Shown piece after piece: positions 29,330 through 41,725 of a stretch of 64,000 nt of DNA. The notes below the pieces were generated by a model that worked only from the letters and a program-made list of their open reading frames with translations, made no database searches and had not been told where the DNA came from. Location: the NCBI GenBank assembly GCA_019352115.1, contig JABBNW010000002.1, positions 1,040 through 65,039 on the forward strand, given 5' to 3'. The stretch comes from Pseudomonadota bacterium (GTDB lineage Bacteria; Pseudomonadota; Alphaproteobacteria; Acetobacterales; Acetobacteraceae). Made by a program: the position numbers and the translations under genes. The number at the start of each line of letters is the position of its first letter. The first letter of the stretch is position 1.

Positions 29330-29429
29330 GGCGGGCGGCTCCTGACGGTGTCCGGGCTTGTCATACAAACGGGCGGGCGCTCATGCCAGATTGACCCGTG
29401 GTGGGTGGATAGTCGCGGAGGAGGCTGGC

Positions 29430-30596
29430 ATGGAGACGGTGGACGATCGCTGGGGCGCGGCGGCGCGGGACGAATGGACACTCGATCCCGTATTCGTTTC
29501 GGTCAACCACGGCTCCTACGGCGCGACCCCGCGCGTGGTCCTGGCCGCGCAGGCCGCGTGGCGGGACCGGATAGAAGCCCAGCCGGCGCGCTTCATGCGC
29601 GCGGAACTGCCGGGCGCGTTGCGCGCTGCCGCGGCCAGGCTCGCCGATTTTCTCGGCACGGCAGGCGAGGATGTCGTCTTCATTGCCAACGCGACCGAGG
29701 GCTGCAACGCCGTCCTGCGCGCGTTCGATCTTGCCCCGGGCGACGAAATCCTGGTGCTGGACCACGGCTACGGCGCGGTCCGCAACACCGTGCGCCACGT
29801 CGCCGCCGGTGCCGGCGCGCGGGTGATCGAGGCCGCGGTGCCGTTCCCCCGCCCCGAACCGGCAGCGTTGGTGGCCGCCGTGACCGCTGCGTTGACGCCG
29901 CGCACCCGGCTGGCGGTGCTCGACCACATCACCTCCCCCAGCGCGATCGTGCTGCCGCTGGCGGAGATCATCGCCGCCTGCCGCGCCACCGGCGTGGCGG
30001 TGCTGGTCGATGGCGCGCACGCGCCGGGGCAGGTGGCGCTCGACCTGCCCGCGCTCGGCGCCGATTGGTATGTCGGCAACTGCCACAAATGGCTGTGCGC
30101 ACCGAAGGGGACGGGGTTCCTGTGGGCCGCGCCGGCGCGCCAGGCGGGGTTGCACCCGGCGGTGATCTCGCACGGCTACGACCAGGGCTTCGTTGCCGAA
30201 TTCGACTGGACCGGCACGCGCGACCCGAGCGCGTTCCTGGCCGTGCCGGCGGCGCTCGATTTCTGCGCCCGGCTGGGCGGGCCGGCGCTGGTCGCGCGCA
30301 ACCGGGCGCTGGCCGCGGCGGCCGGGGCGTGGCTCGCCGAACGGCTCGGCACCGAGGTCGGCACCGCCGGCGTGGCCGCCGGCAGCATGGCGAGCATGCG
30401 CCTGCCGCTGGCCGGGCAGCTCACCCAGGCCCGCGCGGCCGCACTGGCCGACGCGCTGCTCGCCGCCGGCACCGATGCGCCGCCGCATCGGATCGGGGAG
30501 GCCGCGTGGCTGCGGGTCTCGGCGCATGCCTACAATACGATGGACGACTATGCGCGGCTGGCGGATATCCTTGCGCGCGTCCTGCCCGCCGCCTGA
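29430..30596 (+). CDS. Class V aminotransferase-fold PLP enzyme (isopenicillin-N epimerase/cysteine desulfurase-like)
   Basis: ATG 29430 follows GGAGGAGG. Sequence includes FVSVNHGSYGATP, NATEGCNAVL, VDGAHAPGQV and YVGNCHKWLCAPKG, whose HK motif marks the PLP lysine. Confidence 0.75.
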   Translation: METVDDRWGAAARDEWTLDPVFVSVNHGSYGATPRVVLAAQAAWRDRIEAQPARFMRAELPGALRAAAARLADFLGTAGEDVVFIANATEGCNAVLRAFDLAPGDEILVLDHGYGAVRNTVRHVAAGAGARVIEAAVPFPRPEPAALVAAVTAALTPRTRLAVLDHITSPSAIVLPLAEIIAACRATGVAVLVDGAHAPGQVALDLPALGADWYVGNCHKWLCAPKGTGFLWAAPARQAGLHPAVISHGYDQGFVAEFDWTGTRDPSAFLAVPAALDFCARLGGPALVARNRALAAAAGAWLAERLGTEVGTAGVAAGSMASMRLPLAGQLTQARAAALADALLAAGTDAPPHRIGEAAWLRVSAHAYNTMDDYARLADILARVLPAA

Positions 30597-30606
30597 GTCG
30601 CGCCGC

Positions 30607-31068
30607 TCAGCGGGTGCGGTGCGGACCGAGCCAGCCCATCCGCGCGTCCGGTTCCGCGTCCGTGCTCGGCAGGTAGGGCTTCACGTCCAGCAGCGGCGTG
30701 CCGTCCAGGCAATCGAGATAGCGCACCAGCAACGTATCCGGCCCGTCGAAGCCGTCGAACGCCACCACGGACAGCCCGATCGGATTCGGCCGGGCCGGGG
30801 AGCGGGTGGCGAACACGCCGCGTTCCTCGGTGTCGAACGGCGGCGTGAACAGCAGCTTCGGCGCCCGGACGCGATGCAGCCAGTAGAGCAGGATCAGATG
30901 GCCGAACCCGTCCAGGCTGCGCAGGCCCTGGGCAAATTCGGGCAACAGTCGCACGCGACATTGCGGCGGCGGGTCGGGCTGGCGGCCGTTGCGCGGGCAG
31001 GCGTCCAGGGTCTGGAACGGGGTCGCAATGGTGCCGATCGGGTGCAGGGTGATGGCGTCGTCGGTCAT
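30607..31068 (-). CDS. trmO: tRNA (N6-threonylcarbamoyladenosine(37)-N6)-methyltransferase TrmO/TsaA (YaeB) family
   Basis: Start at ATG 31068: MTDDAITLHPIGTIATPF...GFGHLILLYWLH...RGVFATRSPARPNPIGLSVV...LDGTPLLDVKPY. These are the UPF0066/TsaA signature blocks. Confidence 0.8.
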   Translation of the reverse strand: MTDDAITLHPIGTIATPFQTLDACPRNGRQPDPPPQCRVRLLPEFAQGLRSLDGFGHLILLYWLHRVRAPKLLFTPPFDTEERGVFATRSPARPNPIGLSVVAFDGFDGPDTLLVRYLDCLDGTPLLDVKPYLPSTDAEPDARMGWLGPHRTR

Positions 31069-31184
31069 CCGGCGTCCTTTCCGCGGCATGGCGCGCTGGC
31101 ATGTCACGCTGGCATGTCACGCCCTGGCGGCGCGGCGCCATCCTGCCTAGCATCGGCGCAACCCCGGAGGAAGGACCCCCCCCC

Positions 31185-32297
31185 ATGCCCCATGCTTTCC
31201 CGCTGCCCGAGAGCGACCCCGCCAGCCTCGGCTTCGCGCCCCGCCCGCTTGCCGCGCTCGATGCCCTGATTGCCGAGCATATCGAGGACGGGCGCTATCC
31301 CGGTGCCCAGATCGCGCTGGCGCGGCACGGCAAGCTCGCGCTGTTCCAGAGCTTCGGCCGCGCCCGCGACGGCGCCGAAATGATGCCAGTAACCAACGAC
31401 ACCCTGTTCCTGCTGTTCTCGCAGACCAAGGTGCTGACCTCGGCCACCGTCTGGACCCTGATCGAGGACGGCGTGCTCTCGCCCATGGACCGCATCGCCG
31501 ACCACCTGCCGGAATTCGCCGCCCGCGGCAAAGCTGACATCACCCTGCACCAGGTGATGACCCACCAGGGCGGCTTCCCGAACAGCGACGTGACCCGCGC
31601 AAGCTGGGCCGACCACGCGCGGATGCGCGCCGAAGTGTGCGACTTCTCGCTCGATTGGACCCCCGGCACGCGCATGCAATACCACGGCCGCGCCGCGCAC
31701 CTGACCCAGGCCATGGTGATCGAGGCCGTGACCGGACGCGACTATCGCGAAATGATCGCCGAACGCATCATCAACCCATTGGGCCTACAGAACGAGATCT
31801 TCGTGGGCGTCCCGCCCGCCCAGCAGCACCGCTGCGCCGACACCTACGCGCCCGAACCACGCGATAATTCGGCCGAATTCCGCGCCGCCGGCCTTCCCCA
31901 CTCCGGCGGCTATGCCACCGCGCGCGGCATGGCGGCGTTCTACCAGATGCTGCTCGCCGGCGGACGGATGGGACCCGCGCGCGTGCTGTCGCCAAGAATG
32001 ATCGCCTACGCCACCCGCAACCAGACCGGCGAATCCCCGGACCTGCAAATGGACGGAATCCCGATGCACCGCGGCCTGGGCCCCCACGTGCGCGGAGAAA
32101 GCGACCGCATCCGCGGCCTCGGCACCATCGCCGCCCCCGCAACCTTCGGCCACGGCGGCGTAGGATCGTCCTACTCCTGGGCCGACCCCACCAGCGGCGT
32201 GTCGTTCACCTACGTCACGAACTACGTGCAGCCCGACCCCTGGCACTCCCTGCGGCTGGACCGCATCAGCAACATGGCCCACGCCGCGATCGAGTGA
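31185..32297 (+). CDS. Serine hydrolase, beta-lactamase (class C/esterase EstB-like) family
   Basis: Start at ATG 31185 (MPHAFPLPESDP...). The S-x-x-K nucleophile motif reads LFSQTKVLTS. About 370 aa. Confidence 0.8.
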   Translation: MPHAFPLPESDPASLGFAPRPLAALDALIAEHIEDGRYPGAQIALARHGKLALFQSFGRARDGAEMMPVTNDTLFLLFSQTKVLTSATVWTLIEDGVLSPMDRIADHLPEFAARGKADITLHQVMTHQGGFPNSDVTRASWADHARMRAEVCDFSLDWTPGTRMQYHGRAAHLTQAMVIEAVTGRDYREMIAERIINPLGLQNEIFVGVPPAQQHRCADTYAPEPRDNSAEFRAAGLPHSGGYATARGMAAFYQMLLAGGRMGPARVLSPRMIAYATRNQTGESPDLQMDGIPMHRGLGPHVRGESDRIRGLGTIAAPATFGHGGVGSSYSWADPTSGVSFTYVTNYVQPDPWHSLRLDRISNMAHAAIE

Positions 32298-32302
32298 GGG
32301 AG

Positions 32303-32345
32303 AAGAAAGCAAGGCCAGGGGCAGCGCCCCTGACCTTGCTTTCTT
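32303..32345. terminator. Long GC-rich hairpin between convergent genes (likely bidirectional terminator)
   Basis: AAGAAAGCAAGGCCAGGGGC-agc-GCCCCTGACCTTGCTTTCTT forms a 20-bp stem with one mismatch. It sits between the serine hydrolase stop (32297) and the atpC stop (32344). The core CAGGGGCAGcGCCCCTG recurs at 58567-58583. Confidence 0.6.
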
Positions 32346-32747
32346 ACCCTTCCGCGACCTCGGTCATGGCGCGGGCTGATTGGATGCGGTCGAGCAGGGT
32401 GTCTTCGATGGTGGGGTCGGAGGTATCCGCGGCGGCGTAGGCGGCTTCGGCTTCCGCCAGGCGGCGTTGGCCTTCGGCACGCGAGAGTTGCGCGACCGGA
32501 ATGGCTTCGTTGGCCAGCACGGTGCAGCGTTCCTGGGTGATTTCGGCGAAGCCGCCGGCGACGAACAGGCGTTCGCTGATTTGTTCGCCGGTATAAATGT
32601 CGATCGGGCCGCCGCGCAGCATGACGATCATGGGGGTGTGGCCTTCCAGCACGCCCATGTCGCCTTCGCTGGCCGGGATGACGACCATGTCCACCGGGCG
32701 CGACAGCAGGAGTTTTTCCGGGCTGACGATTTCCAGTGCGACGGGCA

Positions 32748-32748
<1 letters not shown>
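32344..32748 (-). CDS. atpC: F0F1 ATP synthase subunit epsilon
   Basis: 134 aa, MPVALEIVSPEKLLLSRPVDMVVIPASEGDMGVLEGHTPMI... Last gene of the atpHAGDC cluster. Confidence 0.95.
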
Positions 32749-34202
<1,454 letters not shown>

Positions 34203-35087
34203 TCAGAGGGCTTCGGCGCCCGAGATGATCTCGATCAGTTCCCTGGTGATGTTCGCCTGGCGGGCGCGATTGTAGTTCAACGTCAGCCGCTTGATCATGT
34301 CGCCGGCGTTGCGCGTCGCGCTGTCCATCGCGGTCATCTGCGAGGCGAAGAACCCGGCGCTGCTTTCCAGCAGCGCGCGATAGAGCTGGATCGCCAGGTT
34401 CTGCGGCAGCAGGCGGGACAGGATGGTTTCCTCGTCCGGCTCGAAATCGTAGGTGGCTCCGTCGAGCGCGTCCGCCGCGCCGGCGCCTTCCGGGATCGGC
34501 GCGGGCACCAGTTGCTGTTCCGTTACGATCTGCGACATTACGGAGCGGAACTGATTGTAAACCAGGGTCACCACGTCGACTTCGCCAGCTTCGATCATGG
34601 CGGTCACGCGCAGCGCGAGGTCTTCGGCGTCGGTGAACGCGATGCGCCGCTTGCCGGCGTAGGACACGTCCCCGATCATCCGGCTGCTCAGTTCGCGATT
34701 CAGGAAATCGCGCCCCTTGCGGCCGACGGCGAGCAGCTTGACCGTCTTGCCCTCGGCTTCCAGCCGCCGCGTCAGGGTGCGGGTGGCCCGCCCGATGCTG
34801 GCGTTGAAGGCGCCGGCCAGGCCGCGGTCGGCGGTGACCGCGATCAGCAGGTGGATCTGCTCGCGCCCGGTGCCGACCAGCAGCTTCGGCGCCGCCGGGC
34901 TGCCGGCAACCGAGGCTGCGAGCGCGCCCAGCATCCGCTCCATGCGTTCCGCGTAGGGCCGCGACGCTTCGGCCTGCGCCTGCGCGCGCCGCAGCTTCGA
35001 TGCCGCCACCATCTTCATGGCAGACGTGATCTTCTGCGTCGATTTGACGCTGTTGATCCGGGTGCGGAGCGCTTTCAGGCTGGGCAT
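34203..35087 (-). CDS. atpG: F0F1 ATP synthase subunit gamma
   Basis: 294 aa, [36 protein letters not shown]...[15 protein letters not shown]. Confidence 0.95.
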   Translation of the reverse strand: MPSLKALRTRINSVKSTQKITSAMKMVAASKLRRAQAQAEASRPYAERMERMLGALAASVAGSPAAPKLLVGTGREQIHLLIAVTADRGLAGAFNASIGRATRTLTRRLEAEGKTVKLLAVGRKGRDFLNRELSSRMIGDVSYAGKRRIAFTDAEDLALRVTAMIEAGEVDVVTLVYNQFRSVMSQIVTEQQLVPAPIPEGAGAADALDGATYDFEPDEETILSRLLPQNLAIQLYRALLESSAGFFASQMTAMDSATRNAGDMIKRLTLNYNRARQANITRELIEIISGAEAL

Positions 35088-35100
35088 CGGCGCACCCCGC

Positions 35101-36633
<1,533 letters not shown>

Positions 36634-36634
36634 A

Positions 36635-37246
36635 TCAGGCGGCTCCCTTCATGGCGTACTGCAGGCGCTGCAGCCGGGATTTCAGACTGGTGTCGTAGAG
36701 CCTGGCGCCGATCCGCACGACGAGGCCGCCGAGCAGGTCGGGCTGCACTTGCTCGACGATGTTTACGTTGCCGTAGCCGGCCTCGATCAGGCGGGCGCGC
36801 AACTGGGTGCGTTGCACGTCCGACAGCGGATGGGCCGACTCGACATGGGCGGTGACGATGCCGCGCTTGGCCGCGACCAGGGCGGCGAAGGCGCCGATGA
36901 TGGTGCGCAGGCTGCTCAGCCGGCGATTGGCGGCGATCACGCCGACGAAATCGCGCACCGGCTTACCGAAGCCGGCCTGTTCCAGGACCGCGAAGGCGGC
37001 GCGGGTGGCCTGCTGGACGTCGATCAGCGGCGAGAAGATCAGCCGGCGCAGGTCGGCGCTGCTGTCGATCATTTGACCGAGCTGCTCCATCTCGGCCACC
37101 ACCGCGTCCAGCGCGTGCGAGTCGTCGGCGTAGGAATAGAGCGCGGTGGCGTAACGGTCGGCCAGCCCGCCACCGGAGGCGACAGTCGTGCCGGAGGCGG
37201 CGGCGGACGCGGTCTGGCCGCCCGATGACGTGGAAGCTGAGGCCAC
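36635..37246 (-). CDS. atpH: F0F1 ATP synthase subunit delta (OSCP); start uncertain
   Basis: Track ORF 36635..37357. The conserved delta sequence begins at [14 protein letters not shown] chose GTG 37246; ATG 37327 or 37357 would add a non-conserved N-terminus. Confidence 0.75.
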   Translation of the reverse strand: MASASTSSGGQTASAAASGTTVASGGGLADRYATALYSYADDSHALDAVVAEMEQLGQMIDSSADLRRLIFSPLIDVQQATRAAFAVLEQAGFGKPVRDFVGVIAANRRLSSLRTIIGAFAALVAAKRGIVTAHVESAHPLSDVQRTQLRARLIEAGYGNVNIVEQVQPDLLGGLVVRIGARLYDTSLKSRLQRLQYAMKGAA

Positions 37247-37476
37247 GAGTGAGGTGTTCCCGAACCGTTTGGAACCGCGCGGCGCGCGGACGATACATCC
37301 GACCAACCCTGTCCGCGCGTCGGGCATCCGACGGCGGTCCAGGTCAGCGGCGGGCATCTACCATGGGGTTTTGACCCTTGCAACACGCGCCCCCCTGCCC
37401 CCGGCCCGTCGATCGAAACGACACTGCCCCTTCGGCCGCCCGCAAGGGAGGCGGGTCAAGGCGAGCCGCCTCCCGG

Positions 37477-37731
37477 TCACTCCCCCCGGGCAGTGAAGGC
37501 GTTGAACGCGATCAATGTGTACGTGTCGCGCACCCCGGGCAGGGACTGCACCCGCTCGGTGACGAAGCGTCCGGTGTCCTGCTCCGGGTCGAGGTAGAAT
37601 TTCCCCAGCAGGTCGTATTGGCCGGAGGTGGAATGCAGCTCCGACAATTCCTCGATCCGATCGGCCGCGTCCTGCGCGACCTGATAGGCGCGCCCCATTT
37701 CGCACTTGATCATCACGAAGATCGCTCGCAT
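37477..37731 (-). CDS. Stand-alone Lrp/AsnC ligand-binding (RAM) domain protein
   Basis: ATG 37731: MRAIFVMIKCEMGRAYQVAQDAADRIEELSELHSTSGQYDLLGKFYLDPEQDTGRFVTERVQSLPGVRDTYTLIAF. It is 84 aa and has no HTH domain. Confidence 0.7.
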   Translation of the reverse strand: MRAIFVMIKCEMGRAYQVAQDAADRIEELSELHSTSGQYDLLGKFYLDPEQDTGRFVTERVQSLPGVRDTYTLIAFNAFTARGE

Positions 37732-37854
37732 GAACCTTCTCCCGCGGTGCTTCGACACGATAGGGCGGTCGGCTTCGCCTGTCTTGCCCGTCGGGCCGCA
37801 TCCGTTCTGCCGCATGCGTTCCGCGGCATCCAGTCCCTGGGGGGGGAGAGCCGT

Positions 37855-39636
37855 ATGGATCTATCGCAGGCCCGCAAGGGGCGCCTCGTGCCCCGCATGG
37901 GCGGGAGAGTCCTGGCCGACGCGCTGGTCGCGCAGGGTATCGACCACGTGTTCGCCGTGCCGGGCGAAAGCTTCCTCGACGTGCTCGACGGTCTTTACGA
38001 CAACCGCCAGAAGCTGAAACTCGTCACCTGCCGGTTCGAGGGGGCGGCGGTGCACATGGCGGAGGCCTACGGCAAGCTGACCGGCCGGCCCGCCGCGGCC
38101 TTCGTCACCCGTGGCCCGGGCGCCTGCCACGGGTCGATCGGCGTGCATGTGGCGATGCAGGACAGCACCCCGCTGCTGCTGTTCGTGGGCCAGATCCCGC
38201 TCGCCGACACCGGCCGCGACGCGTTCCAGGAAGTCGACTACCGGCAGATGTTCGCCCCCCTGGCGAAATGGACCACCCAGATCGACCAGGCTGCGCGCAT
38301 CCCCGAGGTGGTGGCGCACGCGATCGACGTCGCGATCTCCGGCCGCCCCGGCCCGGTGGTGATCGCGCTGTCGGAGGAAATGCAGCGCGACATCGTGGAA
38401 GTCCCGGACGTGCCGCGCGCGCCGGTCGCCGCCCCGCTCGCCGATCCGGCGGCGCTGGCGCGGCTGGAGGCGCTGCTCAGCCAGGCGCGCCGGCCGCTGC
38501 TGGTGCTCGGCGGCTCGGGCTGGAGCGCGGCAGGGCGCGAGGCGATCACGGAATTCGCGACCGCGCGCGGCCTGCCGGTCGCGGTCGGGTTCCGGCGCCA
38601 GGCGGTCTACGACGGGACACGCGAGAATTTCGTGGGTGACCTCGGCGTCGGCGCCGACCCGGCGCTGCTAGCCAAGGCGCGCGACGCCGATCTGATCCTG
38701 GCGATCGGCTCCCGGCTGGGCGATGCGGTGACCCAGGGGTATGCGCTGTTCACCCCACCCGGCGATGTGCCGATCGTGCAGGTCTATCCCGACGGGGCGG
38801 AAATCGGGCGGGTGTATCGTCCGGTGCTTGGCATCGTGTCCGACCTCAACGCCTTCGCCGTCGCCGCCGCGAGTCGTCCTGCACCGGCCGCGCCGCACCC
38901 GTGGGACGGCTGGACGGCGGAGCTGCGCCGGCTGCGCGAGGCGGGGCGGGAGGTGCCGGACTACGCCGGCCCGCTCAATCTCGGCACCGCGATGCGCGCG
39001 CTCGACGGGGTGCTGACGAGCGATGCGATCGTCACCACCGACGCCGGCAATTTCGCCACCTGGGCGCCACGCTTCATCAATTTCTCCGAGGACCAGCGCT
39101 ACATCGGCCCGACCAACGGGGCGATGGGCTACGCCGTGCCGGCCGCCGTCGGCGCCAAGATCGCCTTCCCCGACCGCATGGTGGTCGCGATGGTCGGCGA
39201 CGGCGGGTTCCTGATGACGGGCCAGGAGATCGCCACTGCCTTCCATCACGGGGTGGCGCCGATCGTGCTGGTGTTCAACAACCAGATGTACGGCACCATC
39301 CGGATGCACCAGGAACGCACCTATCCCGCCCGCGTGTCCGGCACCGCGCTCACGAACCCCGATTTCGTGAGGTTCATCGAGGCGTTCGGCGGCCACGGCG
39401 AACTGGTGACCAGCACCGAGGCCTTCGTGCCCGCCTTCCAGCGTGCCGTGGCCAGCGGCCGGCCGGCGGTGATCGAGCTGGCGGTCGACCCCGAGCAGAT
39501 CACCACCCGCGCCACCATTGCCGACCTGCGCGCCGGCCGGGCGGCGGCGAAACCAGCGGCGAAACCGAAACGCACCCCGGCGGCGGCGCGCCCGACCGGC
39601 GCAGCGCGTGGCAAGCCGGCGGGCACCAGGGCCTGA
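37855..39636 (+). CDS. Thiamine-pyrophosphate enzyme, acetolactate synthase large-subunit-like, with Lys/Ala/Pro-rich C-terminal tail
   Basis: ATG 37855 follows GGGGGGAGAG; ATG 37897 is an alternative start. Sequence includes VLADALVAQGIDHVFAVPGESFL, TRGPGACH and the TPP motif GDGGFLMTGQEIATA...VFNNQMYG. The last 34 aa are AGRAAAKPAAKPKRTPAAARPTGAARGKPAGTRA. Confidence 0.8.
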   Translation: MDLSQARKGRLVPRMGGRVLADALVAQGIDHVFAVPGESFLDVLDGLYDNRQKLKLVTCRFEGAAVHMAEAYGKLTGRPAAAFVTRGPGACHGSIGVHVAMQDSTPLLLFVGQIPLADTGRDAFQEVDYRQMFAPLAKWTTQIDQAARIPEVVAHAIDVAISGRPGPVVIALSEEMQRDIVEVPDVPRAPVAAPLADPAALARLEALLSQARRPLLVLGGSGWSAAGREAITEFATARGLPVAVGFRRQAVYDGTRENFVGDLGVGADPALLAKARDADLILAIGSRLGDAVTQGYALFTPPGDVPIVQVYPDGAEIGRVYRPVLGIVSDLNAFAVAAASRPAPAAPHPWDGWTAELRRLREAGREVPDYAGPLNLGTAMRALDGVLTSDAIVTTDAGNFATWAPRFINFSEDQRYIGPTNGAMGYAVPAAVGAKIAFPDRMVVAMVGDGGFLMTGQEIATAFHHGVAPIVLVFNNQMYGTIRMHQERTYPARVSGTALTNPDFVRFIEAFGGHGELVTSTEAFVPAFQRAVASGRPAVIELAVDPEQITTRATIADLRAGRAAAKPAAKPKRTPAAARPTGAARGKPAGTRA

Positions 39637-39737
39637 TGTTCGTGGCGCCGCGGGAAGATGATGACCGCTCCGGGTCCTGTCGCAAGGCAACCGGGTGAAC
39701 CGGGGAGTTGCCGCGGGCGGCGGCGACTTCACCTGCT

Positions 39738-39832
39738 ATGAAAACGCTTGGTTCGGGGGATCCGGCGCCCTTCTCCCTCTCCGCCGGCAAGCGCGGGTGG
39801 AGAGGGAGTAAGGATAGCGCCGACGTTTTCAT
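39738..39832. repeat. Nested inverted-repeat (REP/MITE-like or structured RNA) element in a 430-bp intergenic gap
   Basis: The outer arms are ATGAAAACG (39738-46) and CGTTTTCAT (39824-32). The middle arms are GGCGC (39764-68) and GCGCC (39817-21). The inner 10-bp stem is CTCCCTCTCC (39773-82) paired with GGAGAGGGAG (39799-808). A second small hairpin, TCTCTC/GAGAGA, lies at 39866-39887. Confidence 0.4.
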
Positions 39833-40066
39833 CCCTTGGGTACATCGGCCGCCCGGTGCGGGGCGTCTCTCCCGCGCGAGCGAGAGAGGCACCACACCGT
39901 CGTTCTTTCGTGGCGCACATCTTCCTGCGATTTTGCGACCCGCGTGGCCGATGCCTAGGGACCGCGCCAACCGCAACCACCATCGGCCTCCAGGCTCCGC
40001 CCCCTTGCCTCGGGGCCGGGCGAGCGGCAGCGCAGCGATCGCGGTCCCCCCACATGCGCGACGGCG

Positions 40067-41710
40067 ATGCAGTACCGGCTGAGCCACCGTTTCCGGATCG
40101 ACCCGCCCGCGAGCCCGGCGGCGCCGGCGGTCTCAACGGCGGACCCGCACATGGCCGCCGCCGCGGCCCACTATGCTGCCGGGCGGCTGGACGACGCCGC
40201 GCGCGCCTGCGAGGCGCTGCTGGCGGAACAGCCGAACGCGTGCGAAGCGCTGCACCTGCTCGGGGTGGTCCGCACCGCCGCCGGCGATCCGGTTGGCGCC
40301 TACGGTCCCCTGCTGCGCGCGACCGAACTGGCGCCGCACGACGCGCGCGCGCACTACCACCTGGGCAATGCCTATCTGGCGCTGGAGCGCTTCGCCGACG
40401 CCGAAGCGTCCTACCGATGCGCCCTGGCGTGCGATCCGGCGCTGCCGAACGCGCGCAACAACCTCGGCAACGCGCTGCGCCGGCAGGGGCGCCCGCTGGC
40501 CGCGCTCGACTGCTATCGCGCGGTGCTGGCGCAGCGTCCGACCGATGCGCCGGCGCTCTACAACATGGGCATGGCCCTGGCCGACCTCGGTGAATACGCT
40601 GCCGCGATCGATTGTCACCGCACAGTGCTCGGCCGCCCGCCCGGACCGAGGGAGGCGGAGCGCTACCCAGATGTCTGTGAGGCGCTGGCCGCCGCGTTGG
40701 TGCAGTGCAATCGCCATGACGAGGCGGTGGCTGTCTGCCGCACATGGCAGGTCCTGGCCTCCGGCGCCTGGCGTGCGGAATGGAACGAGGCGCTGTCCCT
40801 GCTCGCGCTCGGCCGCTACGCCGAGGCCTGGCCGCGCTACGAACGCCGCTGGGACCTGCCGGAAGCCCGCGCTGCGCGCGCCGTGAACGAACCGCCCCCC
40901 GTCGTGCCGACCCTGGCGGCGCTGGCCGGCAAGCGGGTGCTGCTGCGCTGGGAGCAGGGCCGGGGGGATGTAATCCAGTTCGTCCGCTACGCCCCGCTGC
41001 TCGCCGGTCACGCCGCCGCCGTGACCCTGTGCGTCTATCCCGAGCTGACGGCCGTGCTGCGGCGCATGTCCGGCCTCGCCGGCACGATCGCCGAGGGGAC
41101 GTCCGACCCGCCGCACGACGTCGCTATCTCGCTCGGCAGCCTGCCGCTGGTGTTCGCGACCACCCTGGACACGGTGCCGGCGGCGGTGCCCTACCTCGCG
41201 GCACAGCCGGAGGCGGTGGCGCGCTGGCGGGCCACGCTCGCGGCGCACGGGCCAGGGCCGCATATCGGGGTGTGCTGGTGGGGCTCGCCGCACTCGCGCC
41301 GCAGTTCAATCCCGCTGCCGGCGCTGGAACCACTGCTGCGCCTGCCGGGCTTCACGTTCCATGCGCTGCAACAGGAGATTGACCCGGCGCATCGCGCCTG
41401 GCTCGATACGCATCCGCTACTCGTCAACCACGCTGCGGCGCTGGTCGATTTCGACGCCACCGCCGGATTGCTCGCCGCGCTCGACCTCGTGGTCACGATC
41501 GATACGTCGGTCACGCATCTGGCCGGCGCGCTTGGTCGCCCGACCTGGATCATGCTGCGCCACAGTGCGGACTGGCGGTGGTTGCTTGATCGCACCGACA
41601 GCCCGTGGTACCCGACCGCGCGGCTGTTCCGCCAGGGGGACGACCGGCAATGGGAGCCGCTGGTCGCGAGCGTCTGCGGGGCGCTCGCCGCCGGCGGATG
41701 GGGTCGTTGA
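40067..41710 (+). CDS. TPR-repeat protein fused to a glycosyltransferase family 9 (heptosyltransferase-like, GT-B) C-terminal domain
   Basis: 547 aa; ATG 40151 (MAAAAAHYAAGRLDDA) is an alternative start. About 5 TPR units make up the N-terminal half (e.g. AHYHLGNAYLALERFADAEASYRCALACDP). The C-terminal half has GKRVLLRWEQGRGDVIQFVRYAPLL...IGVCWWGSP...LDLVVTIDTSVTHLAGALGRPTWIML, which is GT9-like. Confidence 0.7.
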   Translation: MQYRLSHRFRIDPPASPAAPAVSTADPHMAAAAAHYAAGRLDDAARACEALLAEQPNACEALHLLGVVRTAAGDPVGAYGPLLRATELAPHDARAHYHLGNAYLALERFADAEASYRCALACDPALPNARNNLGNALRRQGRPLAALDCYRAVLAQRPTDAPALYNMGMALADLGEYAAAIDCHRTVLGRPPGPREAERYPDVCEALAAALVQCNRHDEAVAVCRTWQVLASGAWRAEWNEALSLLALGRYAEAWPRYERRWDLPEARAARAVNEPPPVVPTLAALAGKRVLLRWEQGRGDVIQFVRYAPLLAGHAAAVTLCVYPELTAVLRRMSGLAGTIAEGTSDPPHDVAISLGSLPLVFATTLDTVPAAVPYLAAQPEAVARWRATLAAHGPGPHIGVCWWGSPHSRRSSIPLPALEPLLRLPGFTFHALQQEIDPAHRAWLDTHPLLVNHAAALVDFDATAGLLAALDLVVTIDTSVTHLAGALGRPTWIMLRHSADWRWLLDRTDSPWYPTARLFRQGDDRQWEPLVASVCGALAAGGWGR

Positions 41711-41725
41711 ACCGGACGCGGGTGC

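Noticed and set aside
39729-40745. A 338-aa reverse-strand ORF spanning the 39.7-40.1 kb intergenic gap and the 5' part of the TPR gene.
   Set aside because: The translation is Arg/Pro/Ala-rich with no motifs. It runs antisense to the well-supported TPR-GT9 gene.
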